Positions 1-12,969 of a DNA stretch of 64,000 nucleotides are shown here, one piece after another; the stretch's first letter is position 1; every line of letters begins with the position of its first letter. Source of the DNA: Scyliorhinus canicula (taxonomy: Eukaryota). The stretch covers positions 33,490,248-33,554,247 of the forward strand of contig NC_052163.1 in NCBI RefSeq assembly GCF_902713615.1, given 5' to 3'. The position numbers and the translations under genes were made by a program. The notes below the pieces were generated by a model. That model had not been told where the DNA came from. It saw nothing but the letters and a program-made list of their open reading frames with translations, and made no database searches.

Positions 1-858
1 CAATCCCTCTGCTAATGAACGCTAGCACACCATAGGCCTTCTTCACAGCTCTATCCACTTGAGTGGCAACTTTCAAAGAACTATGAACATAGACCCCAAG
101 ATCTCTCTGCTCCTCCACATTGCCAAGAACCCTACCATTAACCCTGTATTCCGCATTCAGATTTGTCCTTCCAAAATGGACAACCTCACACTTGTCAGGG
201 TTAAACTCCATCTGCCACTTCTCAGCCCAGCTCTGCATTCTATCTATGTCTCTTTGAAGCCGACAACAGCCCTCCTCACTATCCACAACTCCACCAATCT
301 TCGTATCATCTGACCCACCCTTCAACTCCCTCATCCAAGTCGTTAATGAAAATCACAAACAGCAGAGGACCCAGAACTGATCCCTGCGGTACGCCACTGA
401 TAACTGGGCTCCAGGCTGAATATTTGCCATCCACCACCACTCTCTGTCTTCTATCGGTTAGCCAGTTTGTTATCCAACTGGCCAAATTTCCCACTATCCC
501 ATGCCTCCTTACTTTCTGCATAAGCCTACCATGGGGAACCTTATCAAATGCCTTACTAAAATCCATGTACACTACATCCACTGCTTTACCTTCATCCACA
601 TGCTTGGTCACCTCCTCAAAGAATTCAATAAGACTTGTAAGGCAAGACCTACCCCTCACAAATCCGTGCTGACTATCCCTAATCAAGCAATGCCTTTCCA
701 GATGCTCAGAAATCCTATCCCTCAGTACCCTTTCCATTACTTTGCCTACCACCGAAGTAAGACTAACTGGCCTGTAATTCCCAGGGTTATCCCTATTCCC
801 TTTTTTGAACAGGGGCACGACATTCGCCACTCTCCAATCCTCTGGTACCACCCCTGTT
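1..858 (-). mobile_element. CR1 LINE ORF2 reverse-transcriptase fragment (young)
   Basis: [17 protein letters not shown]...NYRPVSLTS...QHGF...[14 protein letters not shown]...[13 protein letters not shown]. Confidence 0.93.
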
Positions 859-861
859 GAA

Positions 862-983
862 ACTATATGTATGTTTCTGGAACATACCTCTTCATTCACC
901 TGAGGAAGGAGCAGTGCTCCGAAAGCTAGTGTTTGAAACAAACCTGTTGGACTTTAACCTGGTGTTGTAAGACTTCTTACTGT
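862..983 (+). mobile_element. Penelope-like element terminal (pLTR) fragment
   Basis: Nearly identical to the arms of the element at 32777-33694; contains a hammerhead core. Confidence 0.8.
897..931 (+). ncRNA. Minimal hammerhead ribozyme motif (Penelope pLTR type)
   Basis: CAC-CTGAGGA-A-GGAGC(agt)GCTCC-GAAA-GCTA-GTG: CUGANGA box, 5-bp stem II, GAAA box, palindromic AGCT stem III, short CAC/GTG stem I. Confidence 0.65.
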
Positions 984-1328
984 ATTATTTCAAAGCATTC
1001 ACTAACTTTTCAGTGTTTTATAAGAGATATTTTACGTAGTGTTCGTATTGACATGCGGGATATTACCGCTAACTTGAAATAGTTAATCATCACTTAAAGA
1101 GCTATCATCTTTCCTTGTTGGACCTTTCTCTTGTCAGGTGTGAAAACTACATGTTAAATCCCTACTTGTAAAACATCCACGTAATCAAATCATGGTCTTG
1201 CTACAATTTGTTGAAAAATGTTAGCTTTCTCAAGACAATTTATTTCAAATGAAGAATCCAAATCTTCTGAATTCAAGAACCTGTAATATCTAAAACTCAG
1301 TGCAAGCCAACATCTTTATGATTATAGT

Positions 1329-1640
1329 ATTATTCATGGCCTTTATTATGGTTAAAAGCGGAGGCTTCGTATGACAATTAAAATGCCACAATCACAGCTT
1401 TATGCAACATATTTACACCAACAGTGATAGCCGAAATCCAGAGGTGAGGAATAAAATGCATCCAGGTTGTGCATTCAATGCAGTGGAGAGCAAAAAGATT
1501 AATTTAAGAAATTCTTCAAATATAGTGCATAAGCATTTCAGTTTCCAAGAAGAATGAAGGTATTGTGGCCAGAACAGTACACTGTTATGCACATTCTGGC
1601 GATGCCTCCGCTTTCAACCATAAGAAAGGCCATGAATAAT
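1329..1640. mobile_element. MITE-like element with ~41-bp terminal inverted repeats
   Basis: ATTATTCATGGCCTTTATTATGGTTAAAAGCGGAGGCTTCG (1329-1369) matches the reverse complement of 1600-1640 with 3 mismatches. Confidence 0.7.
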
Positions 1641-2468
1641 CTCAGTTTCAATAGCATATCCAGCGTCCATCAGTTCTGCCCACAGAATAGTCTCCATGGC
1701 CGGATAGCACAATTCAGCTCTCAACCGGGATAGTGACAGAGACTATAGTCCCAGATTGCTTCGAGAAAAATTGGCTGCATTTGGGTATTGGGCGCTAATT
1801 TGATGAGAGACTTGTCTGTTCTTGCACTCACTGACAAAGATCACATTTAAACAATAAACATTTGAGTTGGATACCAGAAGGCAACTGGTTCCAATGAAAT
1901 AGAGAGAACATTTGTGAGGAAAAGTGTTGGGATCAATTTTTTAAAAAAATATAAGCGTTCCTCTTACCCCTGTTAAAAGATTCAGACAACCCATCACAGA
2001 ACAATATTAAAGGGTCCTAACTGCAAACAATTTGTCCTAAATCCTTTATTAGGAAGCATGATCAAATTTTTTAGGGCACTGTAGATTCTGGGTGACAGCA
2101 TATACAGTTAGAAACTGATCTTCAGGTTAGGTAGATTGGCCACACTAAATTGCCCCTTAATTGGAAAAAAATAATTGGGTACTCTAAATTTCTTTTAAAG
2201 AAAGAAACCAATCACCAAAATGATTTAATCAATGTAAAACTCTGAGGTACCTTTGAAAAATGGGGAAATTGTCGCCTTTGATTGGATTGGAGAAGTAGAC
2301 AGGGTTTGTCATTTTATATCGCCTATTCGCAAAAATCAGTGTTTGAACAGAAATTGTACCTTTGTGTCAAATGTTGAGCACCACTAGAAAAATATCAATG
2401 ACTTTTCAACAACAATTCAAAAATTATCTCCATTAACAAAGCACTGTTTAAGTAAAGCTTTTCTATTA

Positions 2469-2885
<417 letters not shown>

Positions 2886-3175
2886 TTAACAATATTTTTC
2901 CAATTCCGGCAGTGTTTTCCTCTTCAAATAAAAACCTTAGCAATGATTCAGAAAGTAACATTTTAATCCGCTTACTCTCTGCACCCAATCAAACATATAT
3001 ATTCATGTGCATTGTGAAAATTGCTGAAAATTAGAAAATCATATAAGAATTTGGACGGAACATTAACTATTCATCATCAGGGTATCTAAGTATTTGAATC
3101 TTTACTGCTCACAGCCCATCCTGCACTAAATCCCATTTGCTCATCACCCCTGTAAACCAGCACTTGCTCCCTGTC

Positions 3176-3730
3176 TGTCATGGGAGTGTACCTTTAAGAA
3201 ATGGGTGCTTATCAAATAGCAGCAGTGATGTCATTGTGTGGGTGGAGCTGGGTTGTGTCTCTGGCTTTTACTTTCGTTTCGAGCTGGAAGCTGTTTGTGG
3301 CTTTGTTTTACTTTCGTTTCGGCAGTTAAAAGCTGATTTCAGACAAGGAAGGTTCATTTTGTCTCTCTCTGTATGTTAAAAGGTGTCCAGATCACTTGAT
3401 AATTTAAAAGTGATAACTGTCTTGTGTGAATAATTTATACCTACTGCTTTGTTAAAAAGGGTGTTTGGCTTATCGATGTTGTGAAGGAAAGTTATTACGG
3501 GTTACATATAGAGTAATGCATCTGTGGAGGGCAGTTGTGTTGGTAGTTGTTAAAATGTTAACTGAATTCAAAGAATAAACATTGTTTTGTTTAAAAATAC
3601 TTAAGATCACTATTGCATAACACCTGGAAAATAGGCCCTTGTGCTCCTCATAACCAAAATATATTAAAAGTTGTAGGTCAGGTAAACTCCATGATATACT
3701 TTGGAGTTTTCTAAACCCTGGCCCATAACA
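3176..3730 (+). mobile_element. Solo LTR (probably Gypsy-type)
   Basis: TGTCATGGG...CCCATAACA inverted termini; AATAAA ~3574; imperfect TGTC flanking duplication. Confidence 0.7.
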
Positions 3731-4377
3731 AATGTCCCAGTGAATGCAGCTCAAATCTCTTGTCTGGTTCATTAATCTCTGAATGGCCTGGTATTCCACT
3801 ACTTCTTCGCTCCTTGACCTATAGTTTTATGATTCATTTTTCCTACATCTGCTTGTCATCCTGCTTTCAGTATCAGAGCCATCAAACTTCACTACGTTTC
3901 TCTCTGGAGCTCACTTGTAAAATTCATTTGCACCTCTTTCTTAAATAGATGTGTTTTGTCGAGGCTTTCAAACAAATCATTCATTCAAATATCTAGAAAC
4001 TCATGTTCATTGCTACTGCTCTCTGGTATGAAATAGTCTAGGATTCATCCTTAAAAGTTCTATGTAAATTGAAGTTGTTTTCTGTTTTGATGAAAATTAT
4101 TCAGAACAATCCCATAAAGTATAAAGCTTTGTGAAATGAGTTAGGCTACTCTTGACCTATTCCCAAAACAAAAGACCAAAGTACAACAGAATAGCTGGTG
4201 TGGGTAATGAGGTTGTTGTAAAGGTGCAGAAAGACTGATTTAGCGCCAGTGTTCGTCTTCGCTGTGGGTGTAAAATATCACAACACTTGAAAAAATCTTG
4301 CCGGCGCAATCTAATTTTCCGGTTCTCCCCACCCTTGTGACATAATGAGGTTCCCATCCAGAAAGTTCCCCTTGTGC

Positions 4378-4457
4378 GTGGGTGGGTGCGTGGGTGGGTG
4401 GGTGGGTGGGTGGGTGGGTGGGTGGGTGGGGGGGGGGGGGGGGGGGGGGGGGGGGGG
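4378..4457 (+). repeat. (GGGT)n microsatellite followed by poly-G
   Basis: Directly visible. Confidence 0.9.
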
Positions 4458-5351
4458 CTTCCCTTTGTCCTGGGGGGGGGGGGGGTTCCTGATCTTTCCA
4501 TTGGAGATCAGGGCGCCCCGATTTCTACATTCCTGGCTCTCCAGCCCTGCCCCGCCAGCGGATGGTGTGAGCCTCGCCTCTAGATTATTTCTACAGCGTG
4601 CAGGATTACCTGGTGAGAAAATCCAGCTGTGCAGCTTGTGAGTTGCACGCTGGCTTTTTCGCCTCAGCCAGCACTGTGCAGAGAATGGAAAATTCTGCCC
4701 ATGATTGTCTTAGAGTGAGATTGTAGGTATATTTTTTGGGATAGAGTAGGCAAATGTTTCCTCTGTATTTAGCCATACTATACCTTGCCTTGAAATCCTT
4801 GATACTGACATAGCATGCCTGAAATTAAAGAATTATTTCTCCAGCATCTCTCAACTTGAACACAAAATTTACAAAAAAACAACTCCAGAAGGAAAACATT
4901 TAAGACAAAATTGCTTGTATGATCAGGATGAATAAGACAATATGTTTTATATTGTAGTACCAGGCAGCTAAACTGATTTGAGTGAGTGAGCAGGAATATA
5001 ACGGGACCCTTGAAAAAGTTTATTTCTAAGGCAATCCACAAACTCTTGACCCTTTTACCAAAATCAACTCGACTCTTTGTATGTTTTCTAAATTTGCCAA
5101 TTTTATTGACTACTTTGAGTAAGATATTGAACGGCATCCTTTTGAATAGCACCAACGCCATGACCAGCTTTTAAAACATTTCCAACCCAATTCAGGACAT
5201 GTTGTATACCTCACGAAGGATGGTGTTAGAAAGAGAAAAACATTTTTGGATTTGTCTGATAAGAGAATATTTACTAACTACTCAGTTGGGTAGATGATGT
5301 GCTACACAAGCAGCAACTGTCCTACTTTTAACACAGCTCATTATTTTACTT

Positions 5352-5547
5352 TTTAAAAAAAATTTAGAGACCCCGATTCATTTTTTCTAATTAAGGGGCA
5401 ATTCAGGGTGGCCAATCCACCTATCCTGTACATTGGGTTGTGGGGGCGAAGCCCACACAAACACGGGGAGAATGTGCAAACTCCACATGGCCAGTGACCC
5501 AGAGCCAGGATCAAACCTGGGGCCTCGGCGCGGTGAGGCAGCAGTGT
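5352..5547 (-). mobile_element. tRNA-derived V-SINE (HE1-like), 5'-truncated
   Basis: Same family as 6337-6550 (GGTGGATTGGCCA...AATTGCCCCTTAATT). Confidence 0.85.
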
Positions 5548-5743
5548 CATTATTTTACTTTTGGTTGAATGGAATGTCGAGCCCTCGGGCTCCAAAAGAA
5601 TTGCCAACTAAGGCCTGCTCTGTTACACTAGAAATTCACCATGAAAACTGTGGGATACAAGGAGAGACAACTCTGTACACAGTGACCTACATTACGGCTT
5701 TCCAGCAATTAATCATGAAACCTTGTTGTTTAAGTGCTGTTAC

Positions 5744-6132
5744 CTGTATGGAGGTCTCCGTTTTTCCCCTGCAAACTGGAATAAATCATCCTTAAAATAC
5801 TTTGGCACTTCATAATCCTCTAACAGTTTCTTCCTTTTCGGGTGTTCCCCGTAGCTGCTATCAAAAATGTAAAGAGGGCTATCATCTTTTGTAGTTTCCA
5901 TGTAGTCGGCATAATACTTCATTTTCATTTTAACTGAGTAGCCATCATTGTCTTCTCCACATTTAAATTTCTGATTTCTGTACTTGCGCTTTAATCTCTC
6001 CAGTGTCCACTTTTCGTGTGCTGCCCACCCATGTTCAGCATTTAACACCACCACAGGCTTATATGGTCTTTCATACTTCTCAATGAATTCTTCAACTGAT
6101 GTTTGGAGGGCATCTATCCTTTCTACATTGTC
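5744..6132 (-). CDS. JMJD6: JMJD6 coding exon 2
   Basis: Acceptor TTTCAG|GAC; DNVERIDA...[20 protein letters not shown]...EKRRPPYR; donor AG|GTAAC; 389 nt. Confidence 0.97.
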
Positions 6133-6336
6133 CTGAAACAAAGCGAAAAATATATATTCAAATTAATCAGTTGATGTTGGCAATTAGGAAATCTACATTG
6201 AGCCATTGCAGTGACGTAGCTGTAACTCAGGTAAAGTAAGTATATCCCCATTTGGTTAAAAAAAAAATTGATCAATTAATTTCTCGTTGGAAATTATGAA
6301 TTTCTTGCACTTTGGATAGACATCTTTCAATGAATA

Positions 6337-6550
6337 GGGCGGCATGACGGCGAAGTGGTTAGCACTGCTGCCTCACGGCGCTGAGGACCTGGGTTCGATC
6401 CCAGTCCCAGGTCACTGTCCATGTGGAGTTTGCACATTCTCCCTGTGTCTGCATGGATCTCACCCCCACAACCCAAAAATATATGCAAGGTAGGTGGATT
6501 GGCGATGCTAAATTGCCCCTTAATTGGGGACTCTAAATCGATTTCTTTAA
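6337..6550 (+). mobile_element. tRNA-derived V-SINE (HE1-like)
   Basis: GTGGTTAGCACTGCTGCCTCAC head, B-box GGTTCGATCCC, V-domain TGTGGAGTTTGCACATTCTCCC. Confidence 0.88.
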
Positions 6551-8639
6551 AAGTAACTACACCGAAACACACAATTGTAATATCCTCTTTAAAACCGACT
6601 GTTCTTTTGATCTTAAATTTGCACAAAAACCCTTTTGGCTGGCCTTTAATGGACACATTATAAATCACCAGCTTGTTTTCAAATTATATGAAAGCTATAG
6701 CATCTAACTAAACGTATAAAGGCTGCATAACAATATTGTTTAGATTGTTGCCAATTTATGGAAATTACTTAATAGAGATTATTAAAGTGCACGTCTGTAT
6801 TAAAATAGATCAGCAGAATAATCCTTTTCAATGTGCCCACAATCACAGAACCAAAGTTGAATGAATGCTTTGGTTTGTGCCAACTGCTCTCATGTTTTGT
6901 GACACTGTGTACAATTGGGAAAGTAAAACTAAAATTTAAATTTGTGTTGTCTTCAATAGCAATGCAGGTAAGTACACTACCAGACGTGGTAATACAGATA
7001 AGGAAGATTCCACATTTGTTAGCTAGTCTATGAGTTACAGCCACACGAAGACAGCAAATAAAAAGTATTATATATTTTGAGTTTACATTTGTTCCATACA
7101 CGTAGCACATTGGCTTTTTGAAAAGATTCCAGTTAATGTTATGGAAAATGCTTATTCAGTTGGATAAAGTAGTGAAGTGGTTATATTACTCAGCAAGTAA
7201 ACCAGAGGCCGAGACGAATAATTCAGAAAATGAGAGTTCAAATCCCATCACAGAAGTTTGAGAATGTGAATTCAGGTTACAAAGAAATTGGAAATATATC
7301 CTGTCCAATGTTTCCTTTAACTTTCCTTTGCTGTTTGTAACAGGTTTGTTGTGCTGCGCGGTCTCTTTAAGTCTGTCAGGTCGCCACACATCGGAAAGGG
7401 ACTATGGCATGGTCGTGCAGCTTAGAGGAAACAATGTTTCTGTTCCAATGGCAAGACAGACCCACAGAAATGGGTAATATGCAGTCAGGGAAATGTCCAT
7501 GGGCTTCATCAACATTTTAGATCAAACAGGCATAAGGCAACCTCTAGCAAATTACTAGCTACTACCCTCCCTCACCTGATTAATCAGTACTCCTTCATAT
7601 TAAACCCAAATTTTGGCAAGGGACCATAACAAACTCTGGGTGATGGAATTGAATGTCCATCAAGTAGAGTGGCTCCATAAGCATCACTGACCGGATCGTG
7701 ACGTTCATAGTTGCCAGGCTAGGATTGCAAAAAAAGTGGAGAGAACCAACATATGGGAATAATGAACTTGCCTTTACCAGTCTATCTGTTACAGATCTCA
7801 GCTTTGGAGGAGAGCCCGTGTACAGTTCTTTTGGAAGATCAACACCTATCTTTACACTGAGAACACCCTCCATTGTGTCACGGAGCACAATAACTATAAA
7901 CACACAAACCCCAATTTGCAACCTCAAGGCCGGGCATATCCTCCACATCTCCATCAAGCCTGATGACCAACCCTGGTTCAATGAGGAATGTACATGCCAG
8001 GAGCAAGCCCCAGTCAGTGCCAGATTAGCCAATTATTTTGCTGGGGCAGTGTTTGGCGCATGACAAATAAGCTTTAGCATCCTGGGAGGCTGATATGCAT
8101 CATAGGCATAGAGCTGTTTGGCTGAATGGTCAATTGCGATGCTGTAAAATTCTTTAGGATAACTGATGCTTAAGGTGTACTCCAGTAAGCAGTGATACCC
8201 CCTCAAAGGGAGAAAATGGAATGAAACATTGGTGAAGGAAAAGAAAGATGCAGAAATGTAATTCTTTATATATTTTCTAATGCTGTATAAATACGTTAGG
8301 TAAAGAATGGTGACAGTGGTGGTAGAATTGTTATAGACTAAGAAAATATACATTTTTAAATCTATAAACTTCAGACAGGTAAACACACCCAACTGGGCCT
8401 ATCATGGTGATCACTGCAACAGAGGAAACTGAAGTTGTATCATTCCACCCAGCTGTAAACATACCAGATTCCAGAAAGAATTCATTGTTCTGAGCAAGCT
8501 TATCAATTTGTCAGTGAATTAAGAAAGGAGGGCGGGCACGGTGGGGCAACATGTCAAATGTTAGTTGTCCAAATGTGGCTGCAGAATTCTACCCATCACC
8601 TAACTTAGCAACGTTAATGTAGGAAAAACTCCTCAAGAA

Positions 8640-10260
8640 GCTTCAACTGAGTCAAAACTTGCAGAGTCACAGAAGGGGATTTAGGAAAGGTGACTAAAAG
8701 CTTAGACCAATAAATTTCAGGGGGGTCTTAAAGGATGCAAGAAGGGAAATTAAGAGTTTAGGGCTAAGATGGGGAGGACACAGTTGTGAATGAGGTGACA
8801 AAAACACTAGGGGATGAATAATAGACCAGTGTTGGAGGAGCACACTATTTTCAGATGGTTGGAGATTATGGACAGGGAGGCCATGGAAGGATATGAACAC
8901 AAGGATGAGAACTTTAAATTGGTGGTGTTGCTGGACAGGAGCCACTTGGATCAGCAAGGGTAATGGGTGAATGGGATTTGACGTCACTTAACACACTGAC
9001 AGCAGAATTTTTAATGAACTGAAGTTTATGGAGGGTGGAACATGCCAAAATAATCAACTCAGGATGAAGTATTAAGCAATAGATGGGCAAAGGCAGGGTG
9101 AAGACAACAATGCGACAAGGGTGGTACTTGCCAGTCTTTAAGACAAACAATGTGTTTGGTTAAAACTGAAATTGAGGTGACAAACAGTCCAGTTCAACAA
9201 ACTATAATGGCCTGGGAAGGGAAAAGAATTAATGGCATAGAAATGGGAGTTTGTGAAATTACAGCTCATTAAGGACTATATGTCAAAAATGAAAGCTGGC
9301 AACAGAGGCAGTGATCAAGAGAGGTTGTGGTGGTGAGATAGAAGTGGGTATTATCAGTGGAACTGGACATCAAGTCTTTGGATATTGTCCCTGAGGAGAA
9401 GGATGTAGATGAGGAATAAAAACAGACCCCCTGTGGGGCTCCAGGGCTAAAGTGTGCAAGCAGGAACATAAGATATTGCAGAAGATTCTCTGGTTACAGC
9501 TGGATAGGTAACAGTAGAAGCATACAAGGGAAGTCCCACTTAGGTGGAAATAAGGCGTTGAAGTTTGAGGAAAGAAAATTAGTGGAACTAGGGTTGTGAG
9601 CGCAAGAGTTGAGATTTCCCAGGGACGCGTGCAGAAGAAAACGGGACTAAAAGGATCATGTTGATGGAGTATGACACAAGGAAGTGTGATCAAGAAAATA
9701 AGAAGTATGAGGGGGTGGCCATGAATATGGGAAGAACAGTTTATATGGAGAGAGTGGCTAAGGGAGGGCACTATTCAGAGAATAGTATACAGTGTGTTTA
9801 GATGGATGTTTAAAATCACAAACACTGCTAAGTCAGTCAATACAAGGATCGAGGAGGGAGTGAGCTGAGTGCGAAACTCAGGAGGAGGCTTATGTGGGCA
9901 GCAGCAAATTAGGATTTTAAAACAGTGACAAGGCAGAATAAAGTAAGAAAGGCCAAATAAAGTAACTTGCTCAAAGGGGACGCCAGGGGAATAATGGGAC
10001 AGAGCAAGGAAGAATTTGATCAGGATAATGACAACGGTTGGAGCATGGAAGGTGGTGGAAGGTGTTGACACCAAGTTCCTTTCAAGGCCATTATTCACTG
10101 TATGGTCACAGCTGGCAAGGGCCAGGAGGTGTAAAAAGCAGTTATAATTGGCACAGTTGACGTAATCAGCATTGGGAAGCATGAAAAGGACAAGTAGGTG
10201 GCTGTAATCGCAGTAGGCAGAAGCAACTGCATTGAGTCTTAAGAATGGAATTTTGACTGA
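8640..10260 (-). mobile_element. Ancient, degenerate L2-type LINE
   Basis: Broken ORF remnants (SHSPITLADP...PVQQ..FKVLILVF.S.HGL) typical of the L2 ORF2 C-terminus; strong purine skew. Confidence 0.6.
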
Positions 10261-11405
10261 ACAGACAAATTAGTTCTCCAGCTTAAAGATTTAATGTACT
10301 TTTTGGACAATCAGACAATTGATAAAGCATGGCACTGTGGTAGTAAATGAATTCCATCCATCCCAAGTTTCTTCTGAGTCATGGCTATTTTTATGGATGG
10401 CTGAAAAGTCACATTGGTGTAAAACGACATCACCAATATCAGCTCTTTTATTCGATAGATTGAAATCAGCATTAAAATAGACACCAAATAAACAGGTTAT
10501 TCCTGCTGCCACATGTTGACTTTTGACCTGCAGTAATGTATAAACAACGTTTTCTTTCCAGAAAATATCTACATATATGCAGCAAATTATAAGGCAGTAT
10601 CAGACTTACTGCAATACGAGGAACCACTGATTTTGAAAAGGGAGCTAGTTACCCCACATCGTCTGCAACCATTAATGTAAATATCATTATCTCTGTGAGC
10701 GAGTTTATCACGTTTAAAAGCTTGTCACGAAAGGCTGGAGGCCACTGTATCCCCCGGTGATGCCACAGCCCCGATTCCTCTGCTTCTCGCGTGAAACCGC
10801 CTCCTATTTAAGGTTATTTTTCACCCAGGGACTCTCCGCAAGGCCCGGGCCCAACCAAGAAGTGGGTCTTCCTTTACGTTTCCCCAGAGAGAGCCCAAAC
10901 TATGTTTCTCCACGCTCCCTCCCTCAGGAAGTGCCGGAGATACCCTGTGGAGGAATGGAGGAGACCAGCCGAGTATTCCCAACGAGTGATTTCCTTGCCG
11001 AGATTTCCAGCACTTCCCTGGTGGTGATGCCGGGCTCGGAGACTGGCTTTTAAGTGGCACAAGCTCCCGGTGACCGCGCTCTCCAGAATTGCCCTTCTCA
11101 AAAAGTGTCCAGGGGGCCCAGGTTTACCACGAGGTGGCGGCCCCCAGAAATCAATCTCCCCACTTCCCCCCACCCCAGGCCCGGCGCAGCAACACTCCAC
11201 CTTCTCCCGCCTGGCGCAGGTTTGGCCTCCCCTCCCCGGAGACTGAGCCATCCGGCTCTTGGGAGCTGGGCAGTCGGCCCACCTCCCTGGGGCGGCCCAA
11301 GAGGCCATGGCGCTGTGCCGAGTGTGTGTACGTGCGGGACGTGACCGGGTGTGTGTGTGTGGAACACCCCGGGAGGCGGCCCCGGGCCCCCCGGCCGCTC
11401 CTTAC

Positions 11406-11534
11406 CTTGACAGTGCTCAAGGATAAAGAGAAAGTTTCATGGTAGTTGTGTTTAGTCCAGTCGTAAGAATCTCTTAACTCGGGGCGAGCACTGCGCTTAG
11501 CTTCTTTTATTCGTTTCTTAGCTTTGTGATTCAT
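11406..11534 (-). CDS. JMJD6: JMJD6 coding exon 1 (bifunctional arginine demethylase/lysyl hydroxylase)
   Basis: ATG at 11534; [43 protein letters not shown]; donor AAG|GTAAG at 11405, phase 0. Confidence 0.96.
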
Positions 11535-11821
11535 TTCCTAAATCTCAGAGCCGGCGGTTCTCTCTCTCTCTCTTTCGTTTCCCCCGACCGCCGCCACCAG
11601 CACGACTGACGGCCCCCTTTCCCCCCCGGAGGCTCCCGGCTGCAGCCTTGTCGAGGGGGAGGGGGAGAGAAGCCTTCCAGAATCTTCACCCGCTCTCCGC
11701 AACGACCTGTCAATCAGGCCGCCGGGAGGAAGTCCCACCCACCCGCATCCGATTGGTGAATTAGCCCGTCACTCTTGTGACGTCGAGAACACGCCCCCAC
11801 CACCCAGGACACGCCGACGTC
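11535..11821. promoter_or_regulatory. Bidirectional CpG-island promoter shared by JMJD6 and METTL23
   Basis: Only 287 bp separate the two ATGs, inside a CpG-rich island (~10700-12050). ETS-like GGAAGT 11728, inverted CCAAT (ATTGG) 11752, CRE-like TGACGTCG 11778 and CGACGTCA 11815, GC-box-like CACGCCCC ~11790. Confidence 0.8.
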
Positions 11822-11920
11822 ATGAGCGACCAGCCGACGGCGAAGCGCTTCGTGTTTGAGGAGAAGCCGGAGCCGCCGCCGGGAGGTGGTGCCCAGCGGC
11901 TGGAGGTCTTTGTATCCGAG
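11822..11920 (+). CDS. METTL23: METTL23 coding exon 1
   Basis: MSDQPTAKRFVFEEKPEPPPGGGAQRLEVFVSE resembles the recalled mouse N-terminus (FRFREEP...LEVRVPQ). Phase-0 donor GAG|GTGGCT is weak but matches the exon 2 phase. Confidence 0.8.
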
Positions 11921-12766
11921 GTGGCTGACTGACTGGCTTCTTGCAGGAGATTAAAGCGCCGTCGGTCGGGTTAGATAGGCCCCCGGGTTAATTCGAGCGC
12001 CTTTTCCCCTCACTGGAGATTTCGAGCCAGTGTCTGGGGGCAATAGACCAATGGAAGGCCGATCCTTGCTCTCAGCTCCTCTCAAATGTGGTGTACCCTC
12101 CCCATGTGTGTGTGTCCGTCTCCCGGGATCAGGTTATTGAGTTGGATGATCAGCCATGATCTTAATGAAGTGCGCAACAGGCTCGAAGGGCCGAATGGCC
12201 TGCTCCTGTTTCCAAGAGCTGGGTAATGTTGGAAGTGACTGAGCAGGGAGTGTGCTGAGAGCTGCAATGCATGTGAACATAGTCCAGGGAGGGAGAATTC
12301 ATTCACCTTCTGTTTGAAGAAGCTGATATGAGGCCGACACCACATTGTTTTCCTGGACAAATTGCTGCACCCTTGAAACTCGTTCAGAGGTGTCCAGGTT
12401 AGGTGGATTGGCCATGCAAAATTGCCCTTGGTGTCCAAAGATGTGTGAGTTAGGTCATGGTGATAGGCCGCAGGAGCAGGCCTTGGTAAAGTGCTTTTTC
12501 AGAGGATAAGTGCAGACTGAATGGGCCAGATGGCCTCTTGCACTTTCGGGATTCTGTGGATAAAAGGCTGCTCCTTGCTTCTTTCGATCCTGCTTTGATG
12601 GATAGAAAACGATCCATTCTTGGAAGATAGGCTTAGTTTAAATTCTCCCAAAACTGATCAATTGGCCATTAATTTTGTGTCATTTGTGGAATGTCTACAT
12701 TTGCCTACAGAAACAACTATCATTCATTTTTGTTAGAAAAATGACTTGGTTATAAAATGCTTTGTA

Positions 12767-12958
12767 TGATGGCAGAGTGATTAGCACTGCTGCCTCACGG
12801 CGCCGAGGACCCGGGTCACAGTCCGTGAGGTTTTTGCACATGCCCCCCGGGTCTGCGGGTCTCGCGCCCACAACCCAGAGCGTTGCGCTGGTCGTTGAAT
12901 TGGCTATGCTAAATTGCCCCTTAATTGGAAAAAATAATTTGATACTCTAAATTAAAAA
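12767..12958 (+). mobile_element. V-SINE, diverged
   Basis: TTAGCACTGCTGCCTCACGGCGCCGAGGACCCGG...GCTAAATTGCCCCTTAATTGG. Confidence 0.8.
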
Positions 12959-12969
12959 ATCTACTTCAA

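Noticed and set aside
4157-4641. Pro-rich/Gly-rich ORFs and long G/C homopolymers (also ~21220, ~46510, ~49131, ~62670)
   Set aside because: Translations of simple repeats; homopolymer lengths are unreliable in assemblies
10757-11738. Many overlapping ORFs in the JMJD6 CpG island
   Set aside because: Stop-poor GC-rich sequence; only 11406-11534 has homology and splice support
11912-11919. U12-type donor-like GTATCCGA in METTL23 exon 1
   Set aside because: Lacks the TT of GTATCCTT, and the major donor at 11921 preserves the conserved coding sequence
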